Shown piece by piece: positions 45,975-55,217 of a DNA stretch of 64,000 nt. The DNA comes from Candidatus Saccharimonadota bacterium (GTDB lineage: Bacteria > Patescibacteriota > Saccharimonadia > Saccharimonadales > Saccharimonadaceae): NCBI GenBank assembly GCA_017511965.1, contig JAFWHT010000012.1:1596-65595 (forward strand). Direction: 5' to 3'. Positions within the stretch are counted from its first letter, which is position 1. Each line of letters opens with the position of its first letter. A model generated the notes under the pieces. The model was not told the DNA's origin, ran no database searches, and was given only the letters and a program-made list of their open reading frames with translations. The position numbers and the translations under genes are program-made.

Positions 45975-46754
45975 TCAAATTCTTTTTCGCCCGACGTGAG
46001 TTTTTTGCACTCGATTTGCCGACTTTGGACCAGCTTTAGTTGTTTTTGAGGCTCGTCGCCCATCAAGCACCTTTTCACCTCTGCTCAAATTGTTTTTACG
46101 AACTTTATTAGTTAATGCGCGTCGTTTTTTAAATTCCTCGTCTCGCGCCATTTGTGTCTCAATTCGCGCCGCTGTCGCTTCTACCGCTTCTGCATCGCCA
46201 TTATTTTCGTGAATCGCTAAAATCTGTCGCAAAGTCGTGATTTTAGGATCTAGCTCGTAAGCGTTTTCCAAGGCTTCTACGGCTTTTTTGTAATTCCCTA
46301 ATTTTTCTTCAGCTTTAGATAAAGCCAAAAATCGCGCCGGTATATCGCCCTCAAGCTCAATCGCTTGATTAAATGCCATCGCCGCCTTTTCATACGCACC
46401 TGTTTCTAGATAAATCAACCCCACATTATGAATCGAGGCTGGGTTATTATCCAAACTCTGCGCAATCTCAAAACATTCCACCGCCTCATCGTATTTTTGC
46501 CCCTTAGCATACAAAATCCCCAGTCGGTTATAAGCTGCCGCATTTTTTTCGTCAAATTTCAAAATTGTGAGAAGTGCCTTTTCGGCCCTAAATGGCTTCC
46601 TTTCTTTCATTGAAGTTTGGGCAATTTGCCATAATTTTTTCATCTGCGCAGTATATTTTGGTGAACGCACTTCTTTTTTCTTCTCTTTTGTTTCGAGTGG
46701 AAAAAAGAACACCAAGTAACAAACAAAAACCAAAATAGCGCTAATCGCAACCAT
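45975..46754 (-). CDS. TPR-repeat protein with N-terminal TM anchor
   Basis: 259 aa. Several 34-aa TPR units (AAYNRLGILYAKGQKYDEAVECFEIAQSLDNN...), followed by a basic C-terminal tail. Confidence 0.7.
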   Translation of the reverse strand: MVAISAILVFVCYLVFFFPLETKEKKKEVRSPKYTAQMKKLWQIAQTSMKERKPFRAEKALLTILKFDEKNAAAYNRLGILYAKGQKYDEAVECFEIAQSLDNNPASIHNVGLIYLETGAYEKAAMAFNQAIELEGDIPARFLALSKAEEKLGNYKKAVEALENAYELDPKITTLRQILAIHENNGDAEAVEATAARIETQMARDEEFKKRRALTNKVRKNNLSRGEKVLDGRRASKTTKAGPKSANRVQKTHVGRKRI

Positions 46755-46781
46755 ATGTAATATATTAGCACAAAAAGATTC

Positions 46782-47441
46782 TTAGCACAAATCCGCTACA
46801 ATATGGAGTTTTATGTGCCCATTTCGCTCTAAATTTTCATAAAGCTCTAAAAACCTAGGTAATTTTTGCACAAAAATTTCTTTGCCAGTTACAAAATAAG
46901 ATTTATAAAACATTTCGATTGCTAACCCTACTATCTTCAAAGCATACTCGCGCGCGCCGGTTTTTTTTGCGGTAATTTCCTCTGTTATTTTCACCAAATC
47001 TTTTGGCCCTGCCGTCATTAATTTTTTTGCCAGTGCTTTATCTTTTTCATCGGCATCAATTTTAGTAAAATCTATCTCGCTACGCAAAAAATAAATTTCT
47101 GCCCGCGAAAGAATCGTTGGCAAAAGTCTAGACGGATGCGCTGTAACCAAGCAAAAATGTACCTTTTCGTTTGACTCTTCCAGATTTTTCAAAAATGCAT
47201 TCGCTGCCACCTCGCTCATTTTGTCTGCCGGGCGAATTATGATGTATTTTTCTTCGGTCTGTTTTACCGTTAGCGAGCCAATCACTTCTCGCACCTGCTC
47301 TACCGTAATTGTTGTTTTGGATTCTGGTGCTAGAGTTAAGGCCCCCTTTATTTCTAGTTTTTCAGTCTCTGGTACCACAAAAATTGCACAATTCGTTTTG
47401 GTCGCAATCGGCAAAATATCATCAATCTTCTCGAAAAACAT
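46782..47441 (-). CDS. holB: DNA polymerase III delta' subunit-like protein (HolB)
   Basis: ANAFLKNLEESNEKVHFCLVT...LLPTILSRAEIYFL matches the clamp-loader delta' sensor region. No Walker A motif. Start chosen at ATG 47441, with GAGG upstream. The track start is 47489. Confidence 0.6.
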   Translation of the reverse strand: MFFEKIDDILPIATKTNCAIFVVPETEKLEIKGALTLAPESKTTITVEQVREVIGSLTVKQTEEKYIIIRPADKMSEVAANAFLKNLEESNEKVHFCLVTAHPSRLLPTILSRAEIYFLRSEIDFTKIDADEKDKALAKKLMTAGPKDLVKITEEITAKKTGAREYALKIVGLAIEMFYKSYFVTGKEIFVQKLPRFLELYENLERNGHIKLHIVADLC

Positions 47442-48309
47442 CCAAAAATTCCTCTGGTAGTTTTGCTTCAAACATCCGACGCTCGCCATTTGGCAAATCT
47501 ACTTCCAATCGATTTGCGTGCAAAAACAATCTATCTGCCCTATCTCCACCATAAACCATATCTCCCAAAATTGGATGCCCTAAGTATTTCATATGCACAC
47601 GTAATTGATGTGTCCGCCCCGAAGTTGGCTTCAACTCCACCAAAGAATACCCGTTGCCCGACCGCACCACGCTATAAAATGTCTCGGCTTCCTTGCCGTT
47701 AGCATCCACTCGAAACGTTGTTGGTCGTTTTAAATCTCGTTTTATTGGCAGATCTATTCGCGCTTCGTCTAGTTTTGATCGCCCAGACACCACTGCAAAA
47801 TAGGTTTTCTTAGTGGTTCGATTTTGAAATTGTTTTTTTAAAAAATCTTGCGCTTTTTCGTTTTTAGCCAATATCATTACTCCACTCGTATCTCTATCTA
47901 GTCGATGCGCAATTAGCCCAAAATCTGCCAAAGTTCGCTCTGGGCAATACTCGCCCTTAGCTTCAGACAACAGCCCCGCTGGCTTGTTTACCACCAAGAC
48001 ATCTTCATCTTCGTAGATTACCTCTGGTTTTACATCTGCGTTTTTCATTTCCTCTGGTATATTAAGCTCTACTCGCACTCCACGCAAAATTTGCGTGTTA
48101 GGCTTTAAAATTACTTTACCGTCTACCGTCACAAAACCTTTACGAATAAACTTTTGCAAAGTCGCTCGCGAATAACTCTTAAACACCTCAGTCATCACTG
48201 TATCGAGCCGTACCAATTCTGGCTTTTTAGGCGCATCCGGCAAAATAGAATCGCCGTTTATTACTCGCGACATCTCTGGTTTGCTAAACTTCTTCCCAGT
48301 TCGAATCAT
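47422..48309 (-). CDS. rluD: RluA-family 23S rRNA pseudouridine synthase (RluD-like) with S4 domain
   Basis: 295 aa with the HRLDRDTSGVMILAK catalytic motif and GRTHQLRVH. Confidence 0.85.
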   Translation of the reverse strand: MIRTGKKFSKPEMSRVINGDSILPDAPKKPELVRLDTVMTEVFKSYSRATLQKFIRKGFVTVDGKVILKPNTQILRGVRVELNIPEEMKNADVKPEVIYEDEDVLVVNKPAGLLSEAKGEYCPERTLADFGLIAHRLDRDTSGVMILAKNEKAQDFLKKQFQNRTTKKTYFAVVSGRSKLDEARIDLPIKRDLKRPTTFRVDANGKEAETFYSVVRSGNGYSLVELKPTSGRTHQLRVHMKYLGHPILGDMVYGGDRADRLFLHANRLEVDLPNGERRMFEAKLPEEFLDVFRED

Positions 48310-48316
48310 ACCGTTT

Positions 48317-49327
48317 TTATCGTAATCCTACTGCTTTTTGAACCTCTAAAAGCTTGGCGTTCGCAATTTCATTGGCGTATTTTTCGCCTTCTTCAAGCAA
48401 TAAAATCACATCCTCATCCGAAATTTCTTTAAGTCGTGCCTGAAACTCCTCCAGCATCTTCGCGACCGTCTCGGAAACCTGCTTTTTTAAATCCCCATAG
48501 CTCGTTTTGCCATCCCATTCTGCCGTAACTTCTGACAAGGGCCGGTTTGAAACTAGCGCCTCAATCTGTAAAAGATTTGAAATACCCGGTTGATTTACCA
48601 TATCAAAATGAATCACCCCAACCGAATCTGTTGTCGCCGACATGATTTTTTTCCGTACGGCTTCTGGTGTGTCATCTAGCATAATCTTCGAATTCTCCGC
48701 CACGGTTGATTTGCTCATTTTCTTTTCTGGCGAAATCAAATCCCGAATCCGGATTGCCTTTTCGATCTCCATAAATTTTATTTGTTCGGCAGTTTTGGCC
48801 GGCAACACAAACACCTCGCCGTGTTTATGATTAAAACGCTCGGCAATATCTCGCGTGATTTCGATATGCTGGAATTGATCTTCGCCTAGAGGGATAAACT
48901 CGGCGCTGTACAACAAAATATCCGCCGCCATCAGTACCGGATAATCAAAAATCCCAACATTACAACTTGCTTTGCCTTCGGATTTTTCTTTGTATTGCGT
49001 CATTCGCGACATTTCGCCCATCGTCGCCGTACAATTTAAGATCCAACAAAGCTCTGCATGCGCCGGTACGTAAGATTGTCGATAAATATGCACATTTTTA
49101 TTTACTAACAGTCCCGCCGCTAGATAGTATTTTAAAGTTCTGAGTGTGTTTTCTTTAAAATTTCCATCAATCTCTGAAATAATCGAATGCAAATCCGGGA
49201 CAAAAACATTAAATTGGTACTCGCCAGAGTATTTATTTGCGAGCCTCACCATCGGAAGCAAAGCCCCAAGATAATTCCCCAAGGTTAAAACTGAGTTCGA
49301 TCTAATACCTGTCAAAATCGTTTTCAT
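48317..49327 (-). CDS. trpS: Tryptophan--tRNA ligase
   Basis: 336 aa. Class I signature region TLGNYLGAL (HIGH-like), GEDQFQH, and KMSKS. Confidence 0.9.
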   Translation of the reverse strand: MKTILTGIRSNSVLTLGNYLGALLPMVRLANKYSGEYQFNVFVPDLHSIISEIDGNFKENTLRTLKYYLAAGLLVNKNVHIYRQSYVPAHAELCWILNCTATMGEMSRMTQYKEKSEGKASCNVGIFDYPVLMAADILLYSAEFIPLGEDQFQHIEITRDIAERFNHKHGEVFVLPAKTAEQIKFMEIEKAIRIRDLISPEKKMSKSTVAENSKIMLDDTPEAVRKKIMSATTDSVGVIHFDMVNQPGISNLLQIEALVSNRPLSEVTAEWDGKTSYGDLKKQVSETVAKMLEEFQARLKEISDEDVILLLEEGEKYANEIANAKLLEVQKAVGLR

Positions 49328-49365
49328 ATTTTCATTATAACAAATTTATGATAAAATGAAAACAC

Positions 49366-49442
49366 GGGGCGTTAGCTCAGCTGATTAGAGCGCTACTATG
49401 GCATAGTAGAGGTCATGAGTTTGAATCTCATACGCTCCACCA
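49366..49442 (+). tRNA. tRNA-Ala (anticodon GGC), 3'-CCA encoded
   Basis: Acceptor ggggcgt/acgctcc with the G3-U70 identity pair. Anticodon arm ctact-atGGCat-agtag. Confidence 0.9.
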
Positions 49443-49458
49443 GAGTAGGAGCCGAGCA

Positions 49459-49487
49459 AAAATCCAAAGCTTGCTTTGGATTTTTTG
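49459..49487 (+). terminator. Rho-independent terminator after tRNA-Ala(GGC)
   Basis: aaaaatccaaagc-tt-gctttggattttttg. Confidence 0.7.
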
Positions 49488-49536
49488 AGGCGACGCCCTC
49501 TGGAAGACTCGCGCAGCGAGTCTACCAAGGCCTTTT

Positions 49537-50136
49537 TTATTGTGCGTTCGCAAAAACCACCAACCGATGCGACGCATCACCGTTACCGTACGACACACCC
49601 GCACAAGTAAATAAAGCCACATCATACCCAAGCGCCGTATTTGCGATTCGTCCCATCAATTTTGCATCTCCGTTCAAAAACCCTTCTGCTGTTTTTTGGT
49701 ATGTCTGCACCGCAGTCACTTGGTATTGTCGCGCCACCCCACCCTCAGTAATCGTAATTGTCTCTCCTACGTATCGATTCGACAAATTACCTAGTAAATT
49801 ATAAGAATTATGGCCATAAATCATCTTATTATATTTATAAAGCCCGTTATAGCTTAAATTCAAAGCAGTTGCCTCATATTCGGCCGCCGAACCAATATAG
49901 TATGATACTTGATAATTTGCCATCGCTGGTGCCGTATTTACCGGCGCTGTATTAACTGGTGCAGTATAACTAACCGTTGATTCTACTACTGGTTCTGGCT
50001 CTGGTTCTGGCTCTACCGTCAAAACCGCATCCGCACCTGGACTTTTTGCCAAAATATGGTCTGCCATTAAAAATTCTGGGGACGTAATCACCCCTATAAG
50101 GCTAAAAATAAATATCGAAAAAATTAACTTCACCAT
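49537..50136 (-). CDS. Sortase-family transpeptidase (paralog 2) with low-complexity linker
   Basis: Start at MVKLIFSIF, with GGAG 6 nt upstream. It has a TM helix, EPEPEPEP and APVNTAPVNTAP repeats, then YGHNS (His), ALFTCAG (Cys) and SHRLVV (Arg). Confidence 0.6.
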   Translation of the reverse strand: MVKLIFSIFIFSLIGVITSPEFLMADHILAKSPGADAVLTVEPEPEPEPVVESTVSYTAPVNTAPVNTAPAMANYQVSYYIGSAAEYEATALNLSYNGLYKYNKMIYGHNSYNLLGNLSNRYVGETITITEGGVARQYQVTAVQTYQKTAEGFLNGDAKLMGRIANTALGYDVALFTCAGVSYGNGDASHRLVVFANAQ

Positions 50137-50245
50137 TATAACTCCATTTATGACCAAGTTATACAATCATTATAGCATACTTTGCCGAAAAAGTCAAGAT
50201 ATGCTATAATTTAACAGAGGGGAGTACATTAAAAGGAGGAAAAGG

Positions 50246-51067
50246 ATGAATCTTAGAGAAGAATTTTCAAGGATTATTTTGCACGAAGCGGCTCTGGCTA
50301 CTAACATATGGGATATCCCTAGTGTAGACGAAATTTATGCCACTGCCACCTATCTGGCCGAAATCGCCGCATCTTCATTGGTTCTGAGGTCTTACAACAA
50401 CAGATATCATCTTACCTGGGACAAAATTGCTTTTGAGTCTGTCGGCGCCCACACCAACCTTATGATGGCTTTAGTTGATCGTATGTTAGGCTTTTACTAT
50501 GGGCCAGACGTTAATTTGCCAGACAGTAACTTCACTTATCGCGAAATCATGGAGGCTATACGTCTTCACGATTTACCCGAAAATATCATCGGCGACATTC
50601 CCGATAATGGCTCTGGCGATATTGAAGAAAAACGCGCACAAGAAGAGTGTTATTATGAGACTTTTTCGCATCATTATCTAAAGCGCGAAACCGTTTTTAA
50701 GCAGCATGTTTTGAGGCTTCTCGAGGAGATGAACAACCAGCTCACTGATCTTGGCAAAATTCTCTATTGCGCTGATAAGGTTTCGGCTACGTTAATTACT
50801 CTTCAATACGACGCCATAGGCATTATTCCGCGTCTCCATGACGACGATAAATCCGCCTCTGCGCGTGATTGTAGAGAAATGGCCTTATGCGACGAAGGTG
50901 TTGACGGCTATCACCGTGCTAGCGAAATGTGGACGATTGATTACCTCAAAGAACGTCGTCTTGTCGACTACGACACCACCGGGTATTTCACTGCCATACT
51001 CATCATGCGCACTCTGCAAGTTCGTCAGCATTGGTATGCTTGGCGCGAAAAAGATTACTGTATTTAA
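50246..51067 (+). CDS. HD-domain phosphohydrolase, YfbR-like 5'-deoxynucleotidase candidate
   Basis: 273 aa with GAHTNLMMAL...AIRLHDLPENIIGDIPD, resembling the YfbR H...HD...D layout. GGAGG SD upstream. Confidence 0.5.
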   Translation: MNLREEFSRIILHEAALATNIWDIPSVDEIYATATYLAEIAASSLVLRSYNNRYHLTWDKIAFESVGAHTNLMMALVDRMLGFYYGPDVNLPDSNFTYREIMEAIRLHDLPENIIGDIPDNGSGDIEEKRAQEECYYETFSHHYLKRETVFKQHVLRLLEEMNNQLTDLGKILYCADKVSATLITLQYDAIGIIPRLHDDDKSASARDCREMALCDEGVDGYHRASEMWTIDYLKERRLVDYDTTGYFTAILIMRTLQVRQHWYAWREKDYCI

Positions 51068-51138
51068 CCCTCCCCCACACTAGCCCCGAGTTTTTGCTCG
51101 GGGCTTTTTCATGCTATAATTATAAAAAAGGAGGTTTA

Positions 51139-52104
51139 ATGAGTAAATTTGATGATCAATATATCGCTCTTTGTCGGCGAATTCTCGACGAGGGCGAAAA
51201 AGTAACTAATTATCGGAAAAAAGATACGCGTTCTTCTAAAACCGCCTCGGCAATTCCCGATCACACTGCCCAAGCAAATTCCGAAGCAAAAACCATTCGT
51301 CTTCCACACCAAGTATTACAGTTTGATCTCGAAGAAGAATTTCCAATTTTAGTTTCAAAACAAGTTGGTTTTAAAACCGCTGTCCTCGAGATTCTCTGGA
51401 TTTATCAGGTCGCCTCTAATGATGTGCGCTGGCTAAGAAAGCGTAATGTCAAGATTTGGAACGAATGGGAAATTTCTGAAACTGGCGAATATCAAGGGCG
51501 CAATATCAACGAGATATTTAAGAAAAATCATCCCGAAGAACCCACAACCAATTTTGCCCACACTATCGGCACCGCCTACGGCTGGATTGTAAACCGTTAT
51601 AATTTAATCGGTAATTTAATCGAAACTTTGAAACAAAACCCTGGTAATCGCCGTATGGTTCTCTCGCTCTGGCAAAACGAATGGCTAGAGACCGCCGCCT
51701 TGCCAAGCTGCGTCTGGAATTCCCAATGGAACTTAATTGATGGCCGGCTAAATGTTCTCGTGACTTCTCGTTCATCCGATGTTCCCTTAGGCCTTCCCTT
51801 TAACGTCGTTCAGTACTCTGTTTTGTGTCACTTAATCGCTCGTTCGATCGGTGCAAAACCCGGGCAACTCACTTTCATCACAAACGACGCCCACATCTAC
51901 GAAAACCAAATCGACGGCATTAAAGAGCAAATCGCTCGCTACGATGAAGCAGTTAAAAACGGCACATTGCCAAAACCTCCAAAACTTTGGCTAAATCCTG
52001 AAATTAAGGATTTTTATGATTTCGACAATTCCCACGAGCTAAAAGATATCAAATTAGAAGGCTACGAAAATCTCGGCAAAATCGTTATGCCGGTTACGGA
52101 GTAA
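51139..52104 (+). CDS. thyA: Thymidylate synthase (ThyA family, long variant)
   Basis: Start at MSKFDDQYIALCRRIL, with AGGAGG upstream. It has the catalytic Cys in ALPSCVWNSQW and the dUMP-specific SRSSDVPLGLPFNVVQY (Asn retained). There is an extra segment of about 35 aa after residue 25. Confidence 0.85.
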   Translation: MSKFDDQYIALCRRILDEGEKVTNYRKKDTRSSKTASAIPDHTAQANSEAKTIRLPHQVLQFDLEEEFPILVSKQVGFKTAVLEILWIYQVASNDVRWLRKRNVKIWNEWEISETGEYQGRNINEIFKKNHPEEPTTNFAHTIGTAYGWIVNRYNLIGNLIETLKQNPGNRRMVLSLWQNEWLETAALPSCVWNSQWNLIDGRLNVLVTSRSSDVPLGLPFNVVQYSVLCHLIARSIGAKPGQLTFITNDAHIYENQIDGIKEQIARYDEAVKNGTLPKPPKLWLNPEIKDFYDFDNSHELKDIKLEGYENLGKIVMPVTE

Positions 52105-52106
52105 AT

Positions 52107-52580
52107 ATGTTTAGTATTATCGCGGCAATCGGCAAAAATAATGAGTTGGGAATTAACGGCAACCTCTGTTTTCACATCAAAGAAGATATGAAGTTTTTCC
52201 GTGAAAAGACTACGGGGCACAAAATTGTTATGGGCCGAAAAACTTGGGAATCTTTGCCCGGGAAATTACCTGGCCGCGAAAATATCGTAATTTCTAGCCG
52301 TGAATTCGATGGCCCAGACCACATAATTCATGATGTCGACGAATTTATCAGTCAAAATAAAGATACTAAAGAAGAGATTTTTATCATCGGCGGCGGGACG
52401 GTTTATTCGCAATTTCTTCCCTACGCCAAAATTCTCTATCTAACCGAAATCGACGCCGAATGTAAATCCGCCACCACCTTCTTCCCCGAATTCGATAAAT
52501 CTAAGTATAACAAAGAGACGATTAGGAAAGGTACCGAAAATGATCTAGCTTATACTTTTGCTAAATATATTATTAAATAA
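52107..52580 (+). CDS. folA: Dihydrofolate reductase
   Basis: 157 aa with IIAAIGKNNELG...MGRKTWESLP...IIGGGTVY. Confidence 0.9.
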   Translation: MFSIIAAIGKNNELGINGNLCFHIKEDMKFFREKTTGHKIVMGRKTWESLPGKLPGRENIVISSREFDGPDHIIHDVDEFISQNKDTKEEIFIIGGGTVYSQFLPYAKILYLTEIDAECKSATTFFPEFDKSKYNKETIRKGTENDLAYTFAKYIIK

Positions 52581-52589
52581 GGAGAAAAT

Positions 52590-53975
52590 ATGAAAGATTT
52601 AGTATTTGATTTAATCGAGCAAGAAAAAATTCGCCAAAGCGAAGGACTTGAGCTAATTCCGAGCGAAAACTACGTTTCAAAAGCAGTTTTAGAAGCCGCC
52701 GGTTCTATTTTAACTAATAAGTATTCCGAGGGTTACCCTAGTTTTGAAGGTGTGCCGGGTTGGAGTGAGGAAAAGATTGCCGAAGAGATTTTACCAAATT
52801 TCCGCTACTACGGTGGCCAAATCAACGTCGATCGTATCGAAAGGCTCGCTATTGATCGCGCCTGCCGCTTGTTTAAAGCCGACCACGCCAATGTCCAGCC
52901 CCACTCTGGCGCCAACGCCAACGAAGCGGTCTATTTCGCTTGGTTAAACCCTGGCGATAAAGTTCTCGCCATGAATCTTGGCCATGGTGGCCACCTAACC
53001 CACGGCTCACCCGTTACCCGTTCCGCTAAAATCTACGAATTCATCCCTTATGGAACAAACCTAGCAACCGGCGATATCGACTATAACGAAATGGAAAAAC
53101 TAGCGCTAGACCACGACATCAAACTCCTTCTCGTCGGCTATTCTGCCTTTATGAAAGTCCCAGATTTTAAGCGTGTCGCCGAAATTCGTGATAAAGCCGA
53201 GCAAAAATGGGGCCACGAAATCTTGCTCATGGCCGATATGGCCCATGTTGCCGGCCTTATCGCCGCCGGAATCCACGATAATCCTCTTGATTTTGGTTTT
53301 AATGTCATGACAACTACTACTCATAAAACCCTTCGTGGTCCGCGTGGTGGTCTCATCCTCTCAAAAGGCCGCGTCGGCTCACCTTTAAAGAAACTTGAAG
53401 AAAAAAATCTCGAGAACATCCCAACCATGATCGACAAAGCCGTTTTCCCAGGTACTCAGGGTGGCCCGCTCGAACATATTATCGCCGCTAAAGCTGTCGC
53501 TTTTGGCGAGGCCTTAAAGCCCGAATTTAAAACTTATGCTAAAAATATCGTCAAAAACGCCAAAACCCTCGCCGAAGAATTAAAAAAGCGTGGCTTTAAA
53601 TTAATCGGCGACGGAACCGAAAACCACCTCATTCTCGCCGACATGATGAAAAGTTTCAATATCAACGGCAAAACCTACGAAAAAGCCCTCGATGCAGTCG
53701 GTTTAACCTTGAATGCAAACGCCCTACCCGGCGATACCGGCGGTGCCTTTAAGCCAAATGGCGTTCGTCTCGGCACACCAGCAATCACAACCCGCGGACT
53801 CGGCGAAAAAGAAATGATAGAAATCGCAAAATGGATGGCAGAAGTAGCCAAAATCTGTCAAAAAGCCGACGAAAACGGTGACGAAAATCCCGAAAAAACC
53901 TATGCCGAAGATTTTGCTAGCTTACGAGATGAGGTAAAAAACTTAACCAAAAACTTCCCCGTCCCTGGAATATAA
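52590..53975 (+). CDS. glyA: Serine hydroxymethyltransferase
   Basis: 461 aa with ELIPSENY, a PLP-lysine motif TTTTHKTLRGPRGG, and an insertion near the N-terminus. Confidence 0.95.
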   Translation: MKDLVFDLIEQEKIRQSEGLELIPSENYVSKAVLEAAGSILTNKYSEGYPSFEGVPGWSEEKIAEEILPNFRYYGGQINVDRIERLAIDRACRLFKADHANVQPHSGANANEAVYFAWLNPGDKVLAMNLGHGGHLTHGSPVTRSAKIYEFIPYGTNLATGDIDYNEMEKLALDHDIKLLLVGYSAFMKVPDFKRVAEIRDKAEQKWGHEILLMADMAHVAGLIAAGIHDNPLDFGFNVMTTTTHKTLRGPRGGLILSKGRVGSPLKKLEEKNLENIPTMIDKAVFPGTQGGPLEHIIAAKAVAFGEALKPEFKTYAKNIVKNAKTLAEELKKRGFKLIGDGTENHLILADMMKSFNINGKTYEKALDAVGLTLNANALPGDTGGAFKPNGVRLGTPAITTRGLGEKEMIEIAKWMAEVAKICQKADENGDENPEKTYAEDFASLRDEVKNLTKNFPVPGI

Positions 53976-54021
53976 CAAAAACACTATCCTTTTATTATAT
54001 TTTATGATATAATAAAGGTAT

Positions 54022-54097
54022 GGGGCGTTAGCTCAGCTGATAGAGCGCTACATTCGCATTGTAGAGGTCATGAGTTTGAATCTCATACGCTCCACCA
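54022..54097 (+). tRNA. tRNA-Ala (anticodon CGC), 3'-CCA encoded
   Basis: Same acceptor, D and T arms as the gene at 49366. Anticodon arm ctaca-ttCGCat-tgtag. Confidence 0.9.
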
Positions 54098-54105
54098 TAT
54101 TCACT

Positions 54106-54137
54106 AAGTCAAGATTTTATGCTTGACTTTTATTTTA
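54106..54137 (+). terminator. Terminator after tRNA-Ala(CGC)
   Basis: aagtcaag-attttatg-cttgactt followed by ttattttatt. Confidence 0.55.
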
Positions 54138-54198
54138 TTCAGTAGTAAAATAGATACCTGGGGTTTAGCAAAAACCAGTACATTAAAAGGAGGATAGA

Positions 54199-54762
54199 AT
54201 GGTAATAAAAAGAATTAAAGCAGTCTCTTGGTGTATCATTTTAATTTGTTTTATCTCTATACTATTTCCAAGAAATGACACTACAGTTTCCGCTATGGAA
54301 CCCGTCAATCCTGGCATCGAAACTGCCAACACCATGGTATTTCCTTTTTCTGAAGGAGATTTAATTGTGCTTGCTAAAACTCTTTACGGTGAAGCAAACA
54401 ACGTTAAATCAAAAGCTGAAAAGGCTATGGTGATTTGGTGTATTTTAAATCGTTACGATGCAAAAGTTTTTGGGGCCACCATTACGGAAATCTGTACCAA
54501 ACCACGTCAATTCGTCGGATACAGTCCAGGTAATCCGGTAACCGAAGAAAATCTAATGCTTGTTGGCGATGTCGTAAACCGTTGGTTTATGGAGAAAAAC
54601 AGCACCGAGCCAATTGGGCGAACCTTGCCTATCGGATTTTACTATTTTTGTAGTGATTCAAATCCAGCCAAAGGCGAGTGGCACAACAAATTCTATTACT
54701 ATGATCTAAACGGCAACAGAATCTACTATGATTATAGAAATCCCATTTCTAACCCCTACTAA
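54199..54762 (+). CDS. Secreted SleB-like cell-wall hydrolase (Hydrolase_2-type) candidate
   Basis: 187 aa with a signal peptide. LAKTLYGEANNV...AMVIWCILNR resembles the SleB/CwlJ catalytic-domain opening. Confidence 0.5.
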   Translation: MVIKRIKAVSWCIILICFISILFPRNDTTVSAMEPVNPGIETANTMVFPFSEGDLIVLAKTLYGEANNVKSKAEKAMVIWCILNRYDAKVFGATITEICTKPRQFVGYSPGNPVTEENLMLVGDVVNRWFMEKNSTEPIGRTLPIGFYYFCSDSNPAKGEWHNKFYYYDLNGNRIYYDYRNPISNPY

Positions 54763-54763
54763 A

Positions 54764-54794
54764 CAAAACCCACCCTTGAAAGGGTGGGTTTTTC
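54764..54794. terminator. Bidirectional terminator
   Basis: caaaacccaccct-tgaa-agggtgggttttt, between convergent genes. Confidence 0.75.
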
Positions 54795-54815
54795 CTATTT
54801 TTGGTAAAACGTAAA

Positions 54816-55217
54816 TTAACGTTTCGAGAATTGTTCGCGCTTTCTTGCCGAACGTAAGCCATATTTTTTGCGTTCTTTTTCGCGTGGATCACGTTTCATC
54901 ATTCCAGCCTTTTTAAGTACTGGACGCAAATCGGCCGCTTCCGTTACTAAAGCTTTCGAAATTGCAAGCTTGATTGCGTCAACTTGCCCCGCAAGACCTC
55001 CGCCTTTTACGATAATCGTAATATCAAACTCTTTTTGCTTTTCAGCCAATGCTAACGGATCGGTAATCTCTGCAAGAAATGTCTTATTTCCCGAAAGATA
55101 CTCAAGTGCCGGCTTATTGTTAATTGTAATTTCGCCTTTACCTTTATAGAGACGCGCGGTAGCCGTAGCGCTTTTTCGTCGCCCTAAACCATAGGTGTAT
55201 TTTTTCGTAGTAGCCAT
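54816..55217 (-). CDS. rpsI: 30S ribosomal protein S9
   Basis: 133 aa ending RKYGLRSARKREQFSKR. Confidence 0.95.
   Translation of the reverse strand: MATTKKYTYGLGRRKSATATARLYKGKGEITINNKPALEYLSGNKTFLAEITDPLALAEKQKEFDITIIVKGGGLAGQVDAIKLAISKALVTEAADLRPVLKKAGMMKRDPREKERKKYGLRSARKREQFSKR

Noticed and set aside
49991-50014. A 12-nt x2 tandem repeat (ggttctggctct) inside sortase paralog 2, considered as a phase-variation tract.
   Set aside because: There are only two copies, the repeat is in frame (a multiple of 3), and it encodes an EP linker. Slippage would change linker length, not expression.
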